Positions 24,701-40,847 of a DNA stretch of 64,000 nt are shown one piece after another (the stretch's first letter is position 1; every line of letters starts with the position of its first letter). Below the pieces are notes generated by a model that was not told the DNA's origin, ran no database searches, and was given only the letters and a program-made list of their open reading frames with translations. Position numbers and translations under genes: made by a program. Source of the stretch: Phallusia mammillata (lineage: Eukaryota); contig OZ281495.1 in assembly GCA_965637545.1 (NCBI GenBank), forward strand, positions 19,282,001 through 19,346,000, read 5' to 3'.

Positions 24701-27700
24701 AATTAATCGCTGCTTTTGCTTTGAGATTTATAACCACTCATTGTTCTGTACCTGAAAGGCGATCTGTTGCAACGCGTGCCTGTTCGATGATCGCCCGAAG
24801 TAAACTGCCCTGGCGCGTGCTGAAATAATACCACAAAAACGCCATCCACGTTGCTGCAACGCACCATGTTGTGCAAAAAACAAAACATTCTGAAATATTT
24901 TGAACCTAGTTAATCACGTTTGCCAATGAAAATTATGGTAATTTAAAGTAGCTTCTAAGTAAGACATTGGTATAATCAACACGCCGGCGTTTTACTGAGA
25001 AACCGACTTAAAATAACTTGCAGTGGATATACTTGACACGAAATGTCTCAACGTTGGCGGTTAGATGTCGGAACGCAACGTATAATTAAATGTTTTCCTG
25101 ATTCACAGGCTTCTTTTTTATTTCAGTATAATCTGCCACAGCTTTGTGCATTGCATACTTGAAACAAACCATAAGCTTTTGTTCATTGTGGTAATTGGCG
25201 CTTGGCTTGTCGCAATAGGATGAGATTTGTATGTTGTCATTAAACCAAACAGGATCGAAGTCGTGTTCAAGGTATGACAAAGGTGTAATTTTCATTTATG
25301 CGTCATTGGACTTTTGCTTTTACGGCGATTAGCAGACAATACGCACGCCTGCAATTAAACTATCTCATAGCTTCAAGCTAATTTTCAAATTTCTTTCTGT
25401 GGTTTCTTTAACAACACACGACACACCCGAGAAATTTGAAAATGACTACACTTGCATAATAAATATGTGCAAAAATCTTACAACACGATTTTTCCTACGT
25501 TAACGAAATTTCTTGTGGAGACAAAATGGCTGACTGTGACATAACAAACCATATACCTTCTCGTTACTGAAAAATTGCAACCATTTGACAAACTTAATTC
25601 AAAAAATAAATTTTTATTTCGATCGTGACTATTCACTCCCGTCAAAAAATTTAAAAAATAACAAATGTTTTAACTAGTTCTTTCAATTCAGAATGTGCAA
25701 TAAGAATTCTTTCGGTCTCTCCATTGCTTTTATTTTTACATTATTCGAAGTATTTGCTTAGCGGGCACGAGTTGTTTGTAGCAAGTATAATATTATGTTT
25801 ACGTTCGCTGGCGTCGGCCTTGCAAAAGAATCTCTTCATAAACAAACACCCCCCCCTCCCCGAGAAAAAAGTCGCTGAACGGTTTAAACTCATCGCTGGT
25901 GCGATTAGTTGTTTGTAGTTGGATGAAAAATGGAAATGGATAAAAATACCTGAAGACAGTCGACAGTAATAGCAAGTTTATTTGCAGATTAACCTACTTT
26001 ATGAGGAAGAAACCCCCATAGTTGCATTTCACGCAGTCCGAAAGGTTTAAAACTGTTGAATTAGATCTCATATGAGAAGTAACAGGATTTACATTTTAAT
26101 GCGAGCTTTGGGAAAACCAGCGGCACTAATTTGTCACTTGGGTGCATTTTCGGCATCAGAAAATCGAATGAATAATCCGCTGAACAAGATATCGCCTTAC
26201 TAATTGATATATTTGTAAATTGGTCTTTGGTAAAAATAACAATATAAACGGTTGGTTTTAGTTAAAAAAAGGAAACTATGCTCAGGTCTCCATCTGCTAC
26301 TGTTATTGACATTTTTGTGTGCTCTGTGTCGAAGTAAGTGTAATGTAGTATCGTTACCTTTAAATGAATGTAAAAATAAAAAAAGCAGAATTTCGAAAGG
26401 TAGAGTTTGTATCCCTTTATTGACAAAATATAAGCAGCATTAGAGTTTGTGCCACATGGTAACGTTTCTAGAAACAAAATTGACTCGTTAAAGCCAAATT
26501 ACGAAACCATTATTTTGGATTTCGTATTTTTTAAATGAATGTTATTACCATTTTCTCTATTTCTTTACAAGATCCACTTGGGGTGGATATTGTTAATCCG
26601 CAGTAAAATAATCACTTTCGGTTTTTAATTAATTTGTTTTTTGAGGTGCTGGCAGTTACTAAAACTGCAGTTTTAGACTGCTTTTTTGTGGGCTGTCTGT
26701 GTCGTACGGATATATTTTAAAATACGTGCCTAAGTTAACAGTTGTGGCAAAATAACTTTAATTGTATGTTGCAGAAAAATTGTTTTGTTACAGTGGCAGA
26801 ACCAGAAAACGGACTATTACTGATTATCTTGCGGCATTTTGTGATAATTACGATCAACCGCAGCGCAAGTTTGGGCGCAGCTCAATCTCATCGTGTAAAT
26901 AATTACCGTTTTCAAAATAATTTGCGAGAAGGGCCACAAGTAGTTTCTTGGCCGCACAAAAAATGGAGACAAAGTGCCTCCAACGCCGCGTAAGTTAGGA
27001 TAGCTGAGCACGACCACTTGATAGCGCTTATTAATTATTATCGTGGTGCGAACATGTGCGCATTCGCTTACCAAATCCTTCGTGGAAATTGACTTGTGAT
27101 CTACTGGCGTGGAAACACTGAAAAGGAATTTTTCCACTTAACTTATACCGTAGTCTTGTAATTAGTGCGCTAGTATCTGAGCACCGGTTCAGCACAGGAG
27201 AATTTCTTGCCAGTCCCACTGTTAATCGCATTTTCGCCCAGTTTATGAATTCGTGTACGTGCAGAGCATGTTTATAATGTATACAAACAAAGCTCACAAA
27301 GCGGCATTATAACTGCAATGACATATTTTAATGATACACAATACCACGACACGCGTCACTTCTGGGAGATTTTTCTGTAGAAGACCTCAATGTACAAATA
27401 TGGTTCCGCGTCGACGTTCAATTCGCACCAGTCACACACTGTAAACATGTAAAGATATGCTACATGAGATATAGAAGGTGTATTGAAACTTAGAGACCAT
27501 TTGACGCTACACGGAGTTTGCTGTGTATGAGGTATAATCGCTCAAAGGCTGCTTGCATGTAATATCGGGTCAAATGCGTTTGCTCGTTTGGAAACCCGCC
27601 GCGGAAGCAACGACACGGAATGAGATATTGAGGCCAAGCAGATTAGGTGCGCATTATCGCAAACGAAAAATATTGCATTCCCGTTGAGAGATTAATATCG

Positions 27701-30700
27701 ATGGCGATTGTCTATTTCATGTGAAGATTTGTCGTTGTGGGAGCGATCGAGCAGGAAACAATTTAGCACGGACACGCACTTTAATCAGCTTGCACCAATT
27801 TTAAAATTCAATGCAGTGGACTTCTTTTACTATCCTGTCTCATGTCGCTTACAAGCATGATGCATCCTTCCTTATGTAAAGAAATAAAGCTTGAGTTTGG
27901 CAATTTATTCTATTTTAGCTTTTGACATCAAACAGATTTAGCAAAAGCTGTTTAAACATGGAATAAAACATTTTGAAAATATTAACAGTCACCATTTCGA
28001 ACATAGGCTACACCTTTTTATAAAGTCTCATTATAAATTGCAGTAGGCCAATTATTGATATAATGTTTTTACAATATATTTTTTTTGAACCCTAATTTTT
28101 AGTCCGATGTTGAGTTCTTACCAGCCTTTCACAAATGTAGATTAATATAATTATTTTATATTGTGTTATTTATCATCTTTTGGGGGCATTGCCTTAAACG
28201 TGTTTGTGCGCAATTTGTTAAGTTCGCAGAAAAATATTTTTGTTGTTAATGCTCTTTGGTAAAACCTAAAGAAGAGCTACCACGAATTTGCAACATTGAA
28301 TATGTTTATAGTTGCAAGTTAGTTAGTGTTTGGTAGTTTGTCAATGTAATGAGCTGTTGCTGTCAGTGAGAAGAAGATAGAGTAGGCACAAGTTTATTCG
28401 GCCAACGAAAACACAGGCAGAGGTGCGAAAATTTCCAAGTACATGCTTATGTGAATGGACCTGATGGAGTGGACCACTTGATGGGCCGTGATTTTTGTTC
28501 TTACTTTGTAAGCATAGGCTTGGGAACGAGTCCAGTGTCAAAACAACGACGCTCTTGACGGACGCTCTACTCGCACGTTGTTTTTAAGTCGACTCCAATT
28601 TTCACACGTCTGAAGTAGTTTTAATCCGACCCACTCCACAAAAAACTCGTTCTGGTGAAACCTACAACGATGTCTACCCGATCGATAACTTAAAATTCTT
28701 CTTTTTTTAACCTATTTTCATGTTAATTCAAAAAACTCGAATCTCAATTTTTAACCTTGTGTGAGATACCTGCTAAACCATTCACAAAATTTTATTTATT
28801 TCTGTGGAACATGTGTTAAAGTTGTGGTTTTACCAAGTGGTAACTTCTCCAAAAATTTCACGACTTAATGACCTTGCAACTCTTGTCATGTTTAAAGAGC
28901 CCTAGGCCACACGTAAGTTCGGTAGAGAACACTTGACTACCGTCCACCCCTTCACTGCCGAATCACTTTGGAAGCGTCAATCTTGTCGAAAACAAGAAAT
29001 TCGATTTTTTAAATTTACCCGCATAAAATGCTTCTAGTGACAGATTCACTAAACGTGGTTTAAATGTGATTGTACCAACGTTTTTACGACGACATTTTGT
29101 TAAAAAATGAAATACCATTTTACAAAGAGTAGTAGTTTAATTGGTATATTTTTCATGTAATTAATTAATTTAAAATTTATGCGCCATGGAACGTAAAACC
29201 TGCAGGCGATTTTCAATTTCTGCTGTTGACGTAGCGAGCAAAAAGCACGGTGAATAGAGCGAAAAACGCGTTTCAGAAAAAGACCGACCTCTAGGGGCTC
29301 TTTTGGCGGAGAGCATTGGCTGAAGATAATCCTCACTTCACTTGTAGGCGGCAGGCGTGAGGTAGCAGGATTGGCGATGGCATGATTATAGTGTATAAAA
29401 TAAGTCGTTTTGTTGGAAAAGAAGGCTTAATTGTTGGAAAGTAGCGTTAAAATCAACGAAGATGCTCTTTTGCGATTTTATCCTGATTAGGCCTTTGTTT
29501 AAGGTGATTACAAACAGAACACTGATTCTGATGAGATAAGGATTGATGAAGCTTATCCACAATGTGTAGAAAATTTGGTATTTTTATTTGTTGTCTATAC
29601 TCATCTGCTACTGTGTTATGTTATCAATTAAAATATATTTTTGTTAATTTAGTCATTGTTTCCATAAAATTTAAAATAAATGTCAAATGCATGTTGGATA
29701 AAAAGTCAAAAAATTAACTTGTTGTAATCGTCATCTTTTTTAAACACTGCAAAACAATTATCTTGGACAAACTTAAATTTTGTTAAAAAATAGAGAATCC
29801 CTTAAGCAAGTTCAATAGCGGTGGTTTACAGGGCGTGAATTGTTTCAGTTAGACCACTTGACATTTACATTAGTGCAAAATTGTAGCATGTTTGTGAGGT
29901 TCACTAATTATATACGTCTTGCCGAATACCAATTTGCGTTGCTCGGTTCAACTCTTGTTCAATTACAAGCTGGTGGTGATGAACACACTTTTGTGGCCAT
30001 TTACGCGCCCAGGGCACCGAATCAAACTGGAATGTTTCAGTCTTGAGATCGTGGACGTTATTGTGCTGTGTTAAACTGTGCCGAAGTACTATTTTGTATG
30101 TTTGACCCAAGATAAACAAATATACAGCTTTAATAATATTGTTGCTGGCAAAAGGGGTAAAATATTGATATGGTCGAGCTGGTATGATACAGGGCGTTGA
30201 CTAGTCAACAGTGCGAGTCTAAGATATGGTGAATTGTTCTGCCTAGTTTGTAATCGCGCTTTCCCGCATCTTTGCGCGCCACATGTCGGTGTCTCACACT
30301 TTATAAAATGGTGGCTTCGTTGTAGAGGTTTACTCATACTGTAGAAATTTGCGTGATGTCGTTCTGATGTACATGTCAAAAGTTGTAGGTACGAGAAACT
30401 GATGTTTTGCAAATATGTGTATTAATGTAAACATTTAAGTTAATTGTTGTTTTTATTTTGCCGTTGTGTTTGGACAAGTCGTCAATGGCATTATTGGATT
30501 TAGCTTCACCCAGTTAACACAAACAGACAGAAACTAAGTTTTCATAAAATGGGTTTGCTGCGTTTGCCACTGATGTGAATTTGCCCTTCTGTGGACTCGA
30601 AACTAAATCTTTTTCGGGTCGCCGTTAAAGAGAGCAGCAATATGTCAACATTTGCAAAATTGTGCTTCGGGTTTTAAGTCGGTATCAACTGTCCATTTGT

Positions 30701-33700
30701 TTGCGCAGAACGCTTTGAATCAGTATCCCATTACTATTCACGGCTGGTCACTTTGAAGGTTTGCTTCTGCCGTTTTCCACCGCGTAGTTCCCACTATTTG
30801 CAGAACGACAACGCACAGGGAGTCTTGCGTGAAATTAATCCCGTTTTCACGCGCTCCGTCAGCATATTGCCTCGTGGCAAAACTTTTGGCTGCTATTATT
30901 CAAAGCAAATTGTTATGATTAAAACTAACGATCTATAAAAAGCGATTGCAATGAGGTTTTTGAGGTGTTCGTTGAATAATGCCTATTCAATCTATTTGAG
31001 ATACTATTATAGTTGTTCCATTATTTGTGCAGTCATGTAGGCTAATACGGTGAAGACGTACTGCAGACTCGCTCAGGACGATGACACTTTTCTCCTAAAC
31101 ACAAAAATGCTCTTCGCGGTTTTAGTTGAGGCTTATTATCTTTAATCATTGCGCGCTTTCTCTTAGTGCTGTTAAGCTGGGCATCCACCAAGAGACCCCT
31201 TACCCAACAGTGCATGGTGCGTGCTTTCGCAATCAAAAGCAATTTGTATGGATCGACACTTTAACTGTCGACTTGTACGTCAGCATATAGACAGATAGAA
31301 ATGGAAAAATCTTGTAACAACTTGACTTGTGTCTATCCTTGACTTATGTAAGGTGCATAGAGTTTTTAAACGCTCGGTCCAGGAAGCCTATGAACCGTGA
31401 ACAGGCAGTTATGCAAGGCGGAACAATGTCAACGTAAGTATATACCTTATGCCCGAACCTATACTCAGCTGTATAACTAAAACGCATGTCAGCGTATTAA
31501 ATAAGACCGTACTCTGCACTATTGAAACTTGTACATGTAATTGGGAGAGAAATAAACAAGTAAAAAGTAGCGTGATGACCCGTTTGATCTTACTGGTTTA
31601 CGCTTGACTTGTTGCAAACATTTTAGTGCGCCGCTCTTCGCTCACCTCTCCCTGCGTGAGGGTGTACTTATTCTCCCAGGCTGTCTAGTTTTTCGCCGGC
31701 AATCGATCATAATTAATCACAGCCATGCGAGCGTATGACACGAAAAGTGTGAGGTTTGGGGCGTGAGACGAGAAAGGAGCCGTTTTGTACATGAAAAATA
31801 TACATTTACAACATTGGGAAACAATATTGAATAGAACTGCTTTATCCTGGTTTTACAGCTGACCTAAATATTTAGCGTTGGTGCTGTCGATTATTTTTTT
31901 GGGAAAGAAACGCGCTGAAAAATTGGTTATCAGTTGAATTAGTTATCCCATAGTAATATTTTTCTCTCGCGTATTAAGTGTTTGGTTGTAAATTAGAGTA
32001 CGCATCTAGCTTATACGGGCAGCATATAGTTGAGTGTATTTACCAGATTGGTAACTCAAGCAAGCTTCTGTCATGGGAAGACTTGGAGTCTGACATTTGA
32101 TGATTCACCTTGGTTAGTTGTTTACCTGGCATGGTTAAAGGCATTTGTCTGTTCTTAGTCTTCAATTAGCCTAAGCTATGTCTGTAGCACCCAGAACTAG
32201 TTGCTGATAATTATACAGCATTTTACTTGCCCAGGTAATATAAGGTAATTTAAAATGTCGGTAACATCTTGGTTCCAATCACTTTGATTGTGAAATCAGA
32301 ATAAAATCTTAAAAAACGGGAATATAACCTAAAACAGGTTTCTAAAACTAATTTCGCAAGTTTAAAGCAACCCAACTGTAACCAGACCCAAATTCGACGC
32401 CATTTTATTGTTTTTAAAATATGAGGCGGTGGCTGTTTTATTTTAGACCAAACTTTGATTTAACGTTATGGTGAATGTTCTCTGACAGCATGTTTTGATA
32501 AAAAATGTTGTAATGTGAATAACCTTCACATGAAAATGGATTATAAGGCTGGAATGGCCCTGAAAGTAGCAATGTAGCAGCTGCGAACGCTTGCCGTCCT
32601 AACCTCTGTTAACGAACTAAAAGAACAATTGCGAAAATGGCGCTATAAACCTCAGCTAGTTTCAACTTGGTCTGTCAATATAGTGTCCATTAAATGTAAT
32701 AGTGGTAGTGAGAAATTTGTTTCTCTATAATGAGGCATCTTGTTTTAGTCAGGACTAAATGGGCATCTTGCAGCTGATCTGTCAGTGAACATATTAGACA
32801 TGTAGTTACCTATAGCCGTGTCAAATCTCATTCGCTGAAGTGCCATAACAAACAGTTTTTCGGCTGCGCCATCCACTGCAAACGCTGAAGAGGCCACTTC
32901 CCCACTGACCAAGTCATGTTTGGGTGGTCAAATCTCACGCTTCAACTGGGGTCTAAGTGCCGGACACATAGCACTCACGTGGTTTACAAAAGATTTTAGC
33001 ATTGAACGTATAGTTCAGGGTCTAATGTCGAGTCTCCAATCATTTTTTTGTCAACATAAACCGGTTATTGTCATAATGGCAGTGCATTGAGAAAGTCATT
33101 AGGTTGTACAAAAAAGTACGCCTAAATTAATGACTTTATATCGTTACGCATTGTTTTAGACGAATAGTACCGTTTTGTGGAGGTCTTAAAAATGTGCAAA
33201 CTGAATAAAATATTCCCCTGAGACAATTGCAGTCAATGGAGTTAAATTTAAAATGGGGAATTACCGACGAATCAAGTACTAGAAAGTTTACCTGCTAAAA
33301 TTAAATTTTTAAATGTAAGATAAACTAAACTTATACAACAACATTTTCACTTCGTATTTGTTAAAGGTTTACAATTATGGCGTGTTTGAAAAATAGTTTT
33401 ACCGAAGTCCAGGCAAAGAAATCGCCATTCCGTCGAACCTATTAAATTTGTTGGCAAATTTGTGCGCCGTCCGCTGGTGTATTAAAATCACACCACAACA
33501 TCCCGCTGATTTGTGTCCGCTCGAATGAGCGCAAACTACTGAGCATGACGTGTTTGACAGGCATCGTACAAAGCCTGACGGCAACCAACCAGGCTGTCGC
33601 TCGCAGCACGATACAAACCGCCGTGAGGGAAAACGGCCAGCATTAAACACTGCTGCTTACTGCACGTGACTGGCAGAACACACCTCGTTTGTTCGTCGAA

Positions 33701-35891
33701 TATTTTTTTAACATTCATTATTCAAACAAACGACGTTTCTCAGTAAACGGTTGCCTGCAGTTTGCTGTGAAATAGTGTGTTTTAAACTTTTAGTTTTAAA
33801 ATGGTCATTAATTAGGTTTTCCCCAAATCCGATTTTGCTGTTTTTATTAAAACAATCCCAAAAAAATCAATATTCTTCGTTGCGCGTTTGAGTCATTACA
33901 AACGACATGGATGTAATCCAAAATAATGCATTTTATTTTAATGATCCCTATGTATTTAGTTTATTAAAAAATATAGACAAAATTTTTAAATAGAAACATG
34001 CGATTTGTGGTTTAAAATTAGTTCAAATAATTTTGGAAATTTATAAATTTCTCTCAACAGCATCTAAACCTCAAATAGACGCTGCAGGGTAAATTTGGAA
34101 ATCATGACCCCAAAACTGTAGAAGTAATGCAGAGGCTTACCACTCTGTGATATGCAATGTAACGTTTCCAATAAACAGCACCTGACTTAGGCGTTCATTT
34201 CCACTACCTACATGTTGTTGTTAAAACCAATGCTGTCATTAGAATACATGAGACAATAGCAATAAGCAGATGCGCTTTGACCTCACACGAAGCAAAAGCA
34301 ATTACCGATGCGTCGAAAATGGAAATGAAGGGCATCTGTGTTGCACATTTGTCGTGCTATGTGGCTGCAACAACATCAGCGGGGCGTTATGCAAAGTTGT
34401 TGCAGTACCCCGCTGCTTATTGGCCGGCGTGCGTTCTAGTGTATGATAAATCAGTATCGTGCTGTAACTGGCGGCCCGCCATGCCACCAATTAGGTTTGA
34501 GGTCCGCATTGTGACGGAGATTAACACGATATGCGACTAGTGGTCGGCCAGAGATTGAGCTCACGTCACACACCGCGCAGCAAATTGCACGTCCTAAAAC
34601 AGTGAGTCCGTTAAATTTGTAAGCAGCGCACTTCCATTGTTTCTCTGCTCTACGTTTAAGCGGGTCGGAATTTGACATATTTGTTGAGAGTATACGCCAC
34701 TTTTACTTGGACTACAAAATCCTGGATTGATTTTGATAAAAAAGGTTAATACCGCACGTTTAGTACGACAACAAACAACTACCAATTACTTGGACCGGAT
34801 ATACCACCTGTTACCGATGCTAATAAAAGTATTAGCTTGTGTGCGACGGCATCTTTGAAACACATACCTAAAAACAATTGGAGTCATTTACTGTAAATCG
34901 TTGGACATGTGGCCATATCGAACAGTAGGTAAAATTTGTGAATTGTTGTCTTTTGAATTTATTTTTCGTATCGTACGAAGACAGGATAAATAGATAATTG
35001 ACTTTGCGAAATGAAGTGATATCCGGCCAGACAAAATAGTCCCGGTTTGTTAAACAAACACACTCCGCTGTCCGCGCAAGTTTTATGGCACAAAATCAGA
35101 ATCGAGTTTTGTTTGTCGGCGCCGTCATACGATTCGCCTGAAATGAACGCGATAAATGCACTGATATGTACTCGCTGTTTATGACCATTAACAAAATTGA
35201 ATTGCAAGTAAAACTAAAGTTTATTGTATGACGCTAACGTTATTCGTTAAGTGTATACGGCAAAATAAAATCATTGACCAATTTAGCACTGGTTAGCAGT
35301 ACAGTCTTGGCAATCATGCTGCACTTGAATTTGACCGCCATTTTGTTGGAAACGTATTTTCTCGTAGGACAAACCGATCTTCGCCTTCACAACCCAACCA
35401 AGCCATTTCCATCTGAAAATCTATAACAAATATAATACGTTAGACAAGTGGACACTATGACTTTTTATCTAAATATGTTATTTAAATAGTGTACATGGAC
35501 AAATGTTTTTAATCTAAAAAAAACATGTACAATACACTTATAATGTTTGAAAAAGATGGCATCGAAGGTTTCCAGGTTTGGCAGTACATCAACACAGTTA
35601 ATCGTTTAGGTAATTGCGACCTAAGTATATCATGCTGTTTTCTCACTGTGGGTTATTTGTAATTGGTCTTTAACAACAAGATGTAATTCGCAGTTAGTGA
35701 TGGCTCTCAGTGCGAAGGTAAACCTCCTTTGTCCCTCGCTTACCTGCTGTGTTTCCGCTGATATGGACGTTGCTACATCCGTTCGCGCCACGATTCGCCC
35801 AGAACCTCTTCCATATCACCGAAACACTGGCGTATCAGGTGCGAAGGGAAGTTTGGCCAAACTAAGTGATTGCACTTGCATTTAGTTCGAA

Positions 35892-35952
35892 AACTTTCCC
35901 CTTCGATAAGGCATCTTATCTCATGATAACTCTTCCTTCCAGAAATTGATAA
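35892..35952. promoter_or_regulatory. GATA/ETS cluster, candidate Otx early neural enhancer (a-element-like)
   Basis: Four GATA sites in 48 bp: GATAAG 35905, TTATCT 35916, TGATAA 35924, TGATAA 35947. An ETS-type CTTCCT (AGGAAG) at 35932 lies between them. The cluster is ~1.2 kb upstream of the putative Otx TATA box. Confidence 0.55.
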
Positions 35953-37143
35953 CGCTCAGTGCAATTAACTTGTCAGTCTTGTTGGTGTTATGCTCTGCGC
36001 TGTTAAATATTTTTAAAGTTACATAACAAGCAAGAATTCAATGCCTTTGGTAATATTTAAATGGTATTGGTCAACGACTTTGAATAATCTGATGTCAAAT
36101 TATATTTGTGCACGCATTTTAGCAATGTCCTGCTCTGTCTGTGTTTGTACGGTAGCAGTCGAATTAAACAACGACCGGGACTTTGAAACACGCGAAGACT
36201 TTGTTTGCGGAGTCTGTTCCCGGTTACGGCCTGCTCTAACCTTTCCTGCCCCAATAGACAAATCAAAGAGATCATGTTTAGTGACATGTGCAAGAGTTTA
36301 CACCCTAAACGACCTCTGCTGTCTGTCCGGACGAATCGTAGGCCATCGCGTTCGCAACTGACCAACCCTTTGTGGTTTCAAGTATTGCATACTTGACCGG
36401 CTTTGTCCAACATGAAGAGGGTAATTTAAGCCTTTGGGCCATCAAAAGACCGCTTCGGCTTCGCATTACCGCACATACGAGTGTCGCATTTTGCCAAAGT
36501 TGTACGACTTGCATTAATCTTCTCAACTTTTTACACTTGACCAAATGATTGAGTGGGTGACCCTAAAAATGTGAAGTTCGTAAAAGCTGCAGTAATTGGC
36601 AATACTTCCGACATGTGCGTGCTAATTGAACGTGCAGCTGAACACCAATTCAAAGTAGGGTTGGCGATGGACATAAAAGCACAGTAGGGGAGCGCACCTG
36701 CATGGTAAAGGCTGGATTCAATGGTTGAAACCTTTTTGCCTAGGTTCCGATTGTTGTCACCCTCGGACCGGGCCAGAGTTCCTTGTCGACCTTTTTTCTC
36801 TTTATCACTCCTATTTCCTTGTTTCTTTCATTGCAGAGAGGAGTACTGTCCACCCTCGCTGGTTTGTTTCTTTTTTCATGCAACGAGCGCTCAATTCGCT
36901 CCTTGCCTCTTCCCTTTTTCGTTTTTCCAATCACTCGACCGGAGCTTAAATCGAGCGCAAATGCTTGCATTTTGATTACTTGCTCTTGATATCCTCGTGA
37001 CAACACATCACTCTTATCCGATTGTGACGTGTAGACTGACTTTAGAAGCAGTTTTTAATCCACTGGCAATGAGCTGAGCCAAAGGTTTGTGCAACAAGGA
37101 TTTATGAAAGAGGATATGATTTGAAATTTGGAGCCTAGGTGTC

Positions 37144-37314
37144 TATAAAAGATTTTACCACAGTTTTTTAGTGAGGTTGGCAGTATTAGATTACAGCTAC
37201 AGCAAGAAATCTATTCATCTTATCGAGTAATCTATTCAGATATTGACAGTGACATCTTTACTCATGCACGTGAATGATTGCCGGAAAGCATAACAATCTT
37301 GCATACTCTTTAAA
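37144..37314 (+). promoter_or_regulatory. Putative Otx core promoter and non-coding first exon
   Basis: TATAAAAG at 37144-37151, with a K50 site TAATCC at 37056 just upstream. A donor AAA|GTATGT at 37314/37315 could splice to the acceptor CTTTAG| at 38356, 15 nt before the Otx ATG. There is no transcript evidence. Confidence 0.5.
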
Positions 37315-37569
37315 GTATGTGAGAAATCTTTAAAATAGTGTGAGAATATAGAAAGGAGTTGGTGCATTACTACGTTCCCGTTTTGTTGGTATACACTAAC
37401 ATGTAACGTATTTTGTTTTTCAGCAATTCCAGTAGTTTATTGTCTAAACGTGTTGAAATATATAGTCTGTCGACACTCATAAAGTCCACATTTACCCTCA
37501 CCCACGGAGCAACCGCTTTGAACGGTAAATATCTATTGGTATAATATGTGTTGCACGTAACGTATACTT

Positions 37570-37716
37570 AAATGTTTGTTGTTTTTGTTTAGTTTATAGT
37601 ATTAATTCTGTGGTAATGTAAAAAGTTTATTCTATTTTGTTGGGTCTAAGAAAAATGCGTTCTATGCAAATTGTAAATAAACAAACTCCATGAATTGTTG
37701 CGGGGGTTTGTTTATT
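37570..37716. promoter_or_regulatory. Forkhead-type site cluster in the putative Otx first intron
   Basis: TGTTTGT/TGTTTAG near 37573-37593, overlapping GTAAATA and TAAACA at 37673-37686, and TGTTTAT at 37709. These motifs are AT-rich, so the chance rate is appreciable. Confidence 0.35.
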
Positions 37717-38371
37717 TGGTTACTAGTCGCACGAACAGGATTGTTGTGTGAAAGTTTCGCCGTCCCTCTTCCCTTCAGATAAGATCTGATATGTATGATT
37801 GGATACCGTGAGAAATTGATCCAAAACAATTAGCGATAATTTATTTAAAAATGCGCTAAGTAAACACACCGGTATGTGTAATGTGAAAAACTAAAAAAGT
37901 GGCCAAGATCATCTTGTTGTGTGTGTACAAAACTATATATATATATATACATATATGCGATTATAGTGCAATTTGTTTTACAACAAATCCTTAGGTGATG
38001 AAATGCAAACAATTTTTACAAGAGATAAGTCCACTAATCTGATAGTAGGTGACCATTAAGTATATAGTCCACCCAGTAATGCGCACCTATACATCGAACT
38101 ATCCCGTGATAATTTCTCCTGGCGTGTGCACCTCCTCGCCTCATTATCACATAGCGCCGTGCTTTGTGACGTTTGTTTACTTTTGAGCCACGCAAGATGC
38201 ACCGGTTTTCCACGGCCAGTTCTATACGCGAAGCCAATCTCCTGCAAAAACAATAGAAGTTTAAATTAGGACAAATTGCACGACTTCTGAGAACCTAGTT
38301 TGAACGTTGTTCACTTTTTCAAGGCAAGTTACTTAAGTTTTTATTGTATGCTTTAGATATATTTGAGAAGA

Positions 38372-40847
<2,476 letters not shown>

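Noticed and set aside
29322-29380. let-7 seed TGAGGTAG (29358) within a weak hairpin
   Set aside because: The rest of the sequence does not match let-7, the seed would be on the 3' arm (let-7 is a 5' arm product), and the stem is short and bulged.
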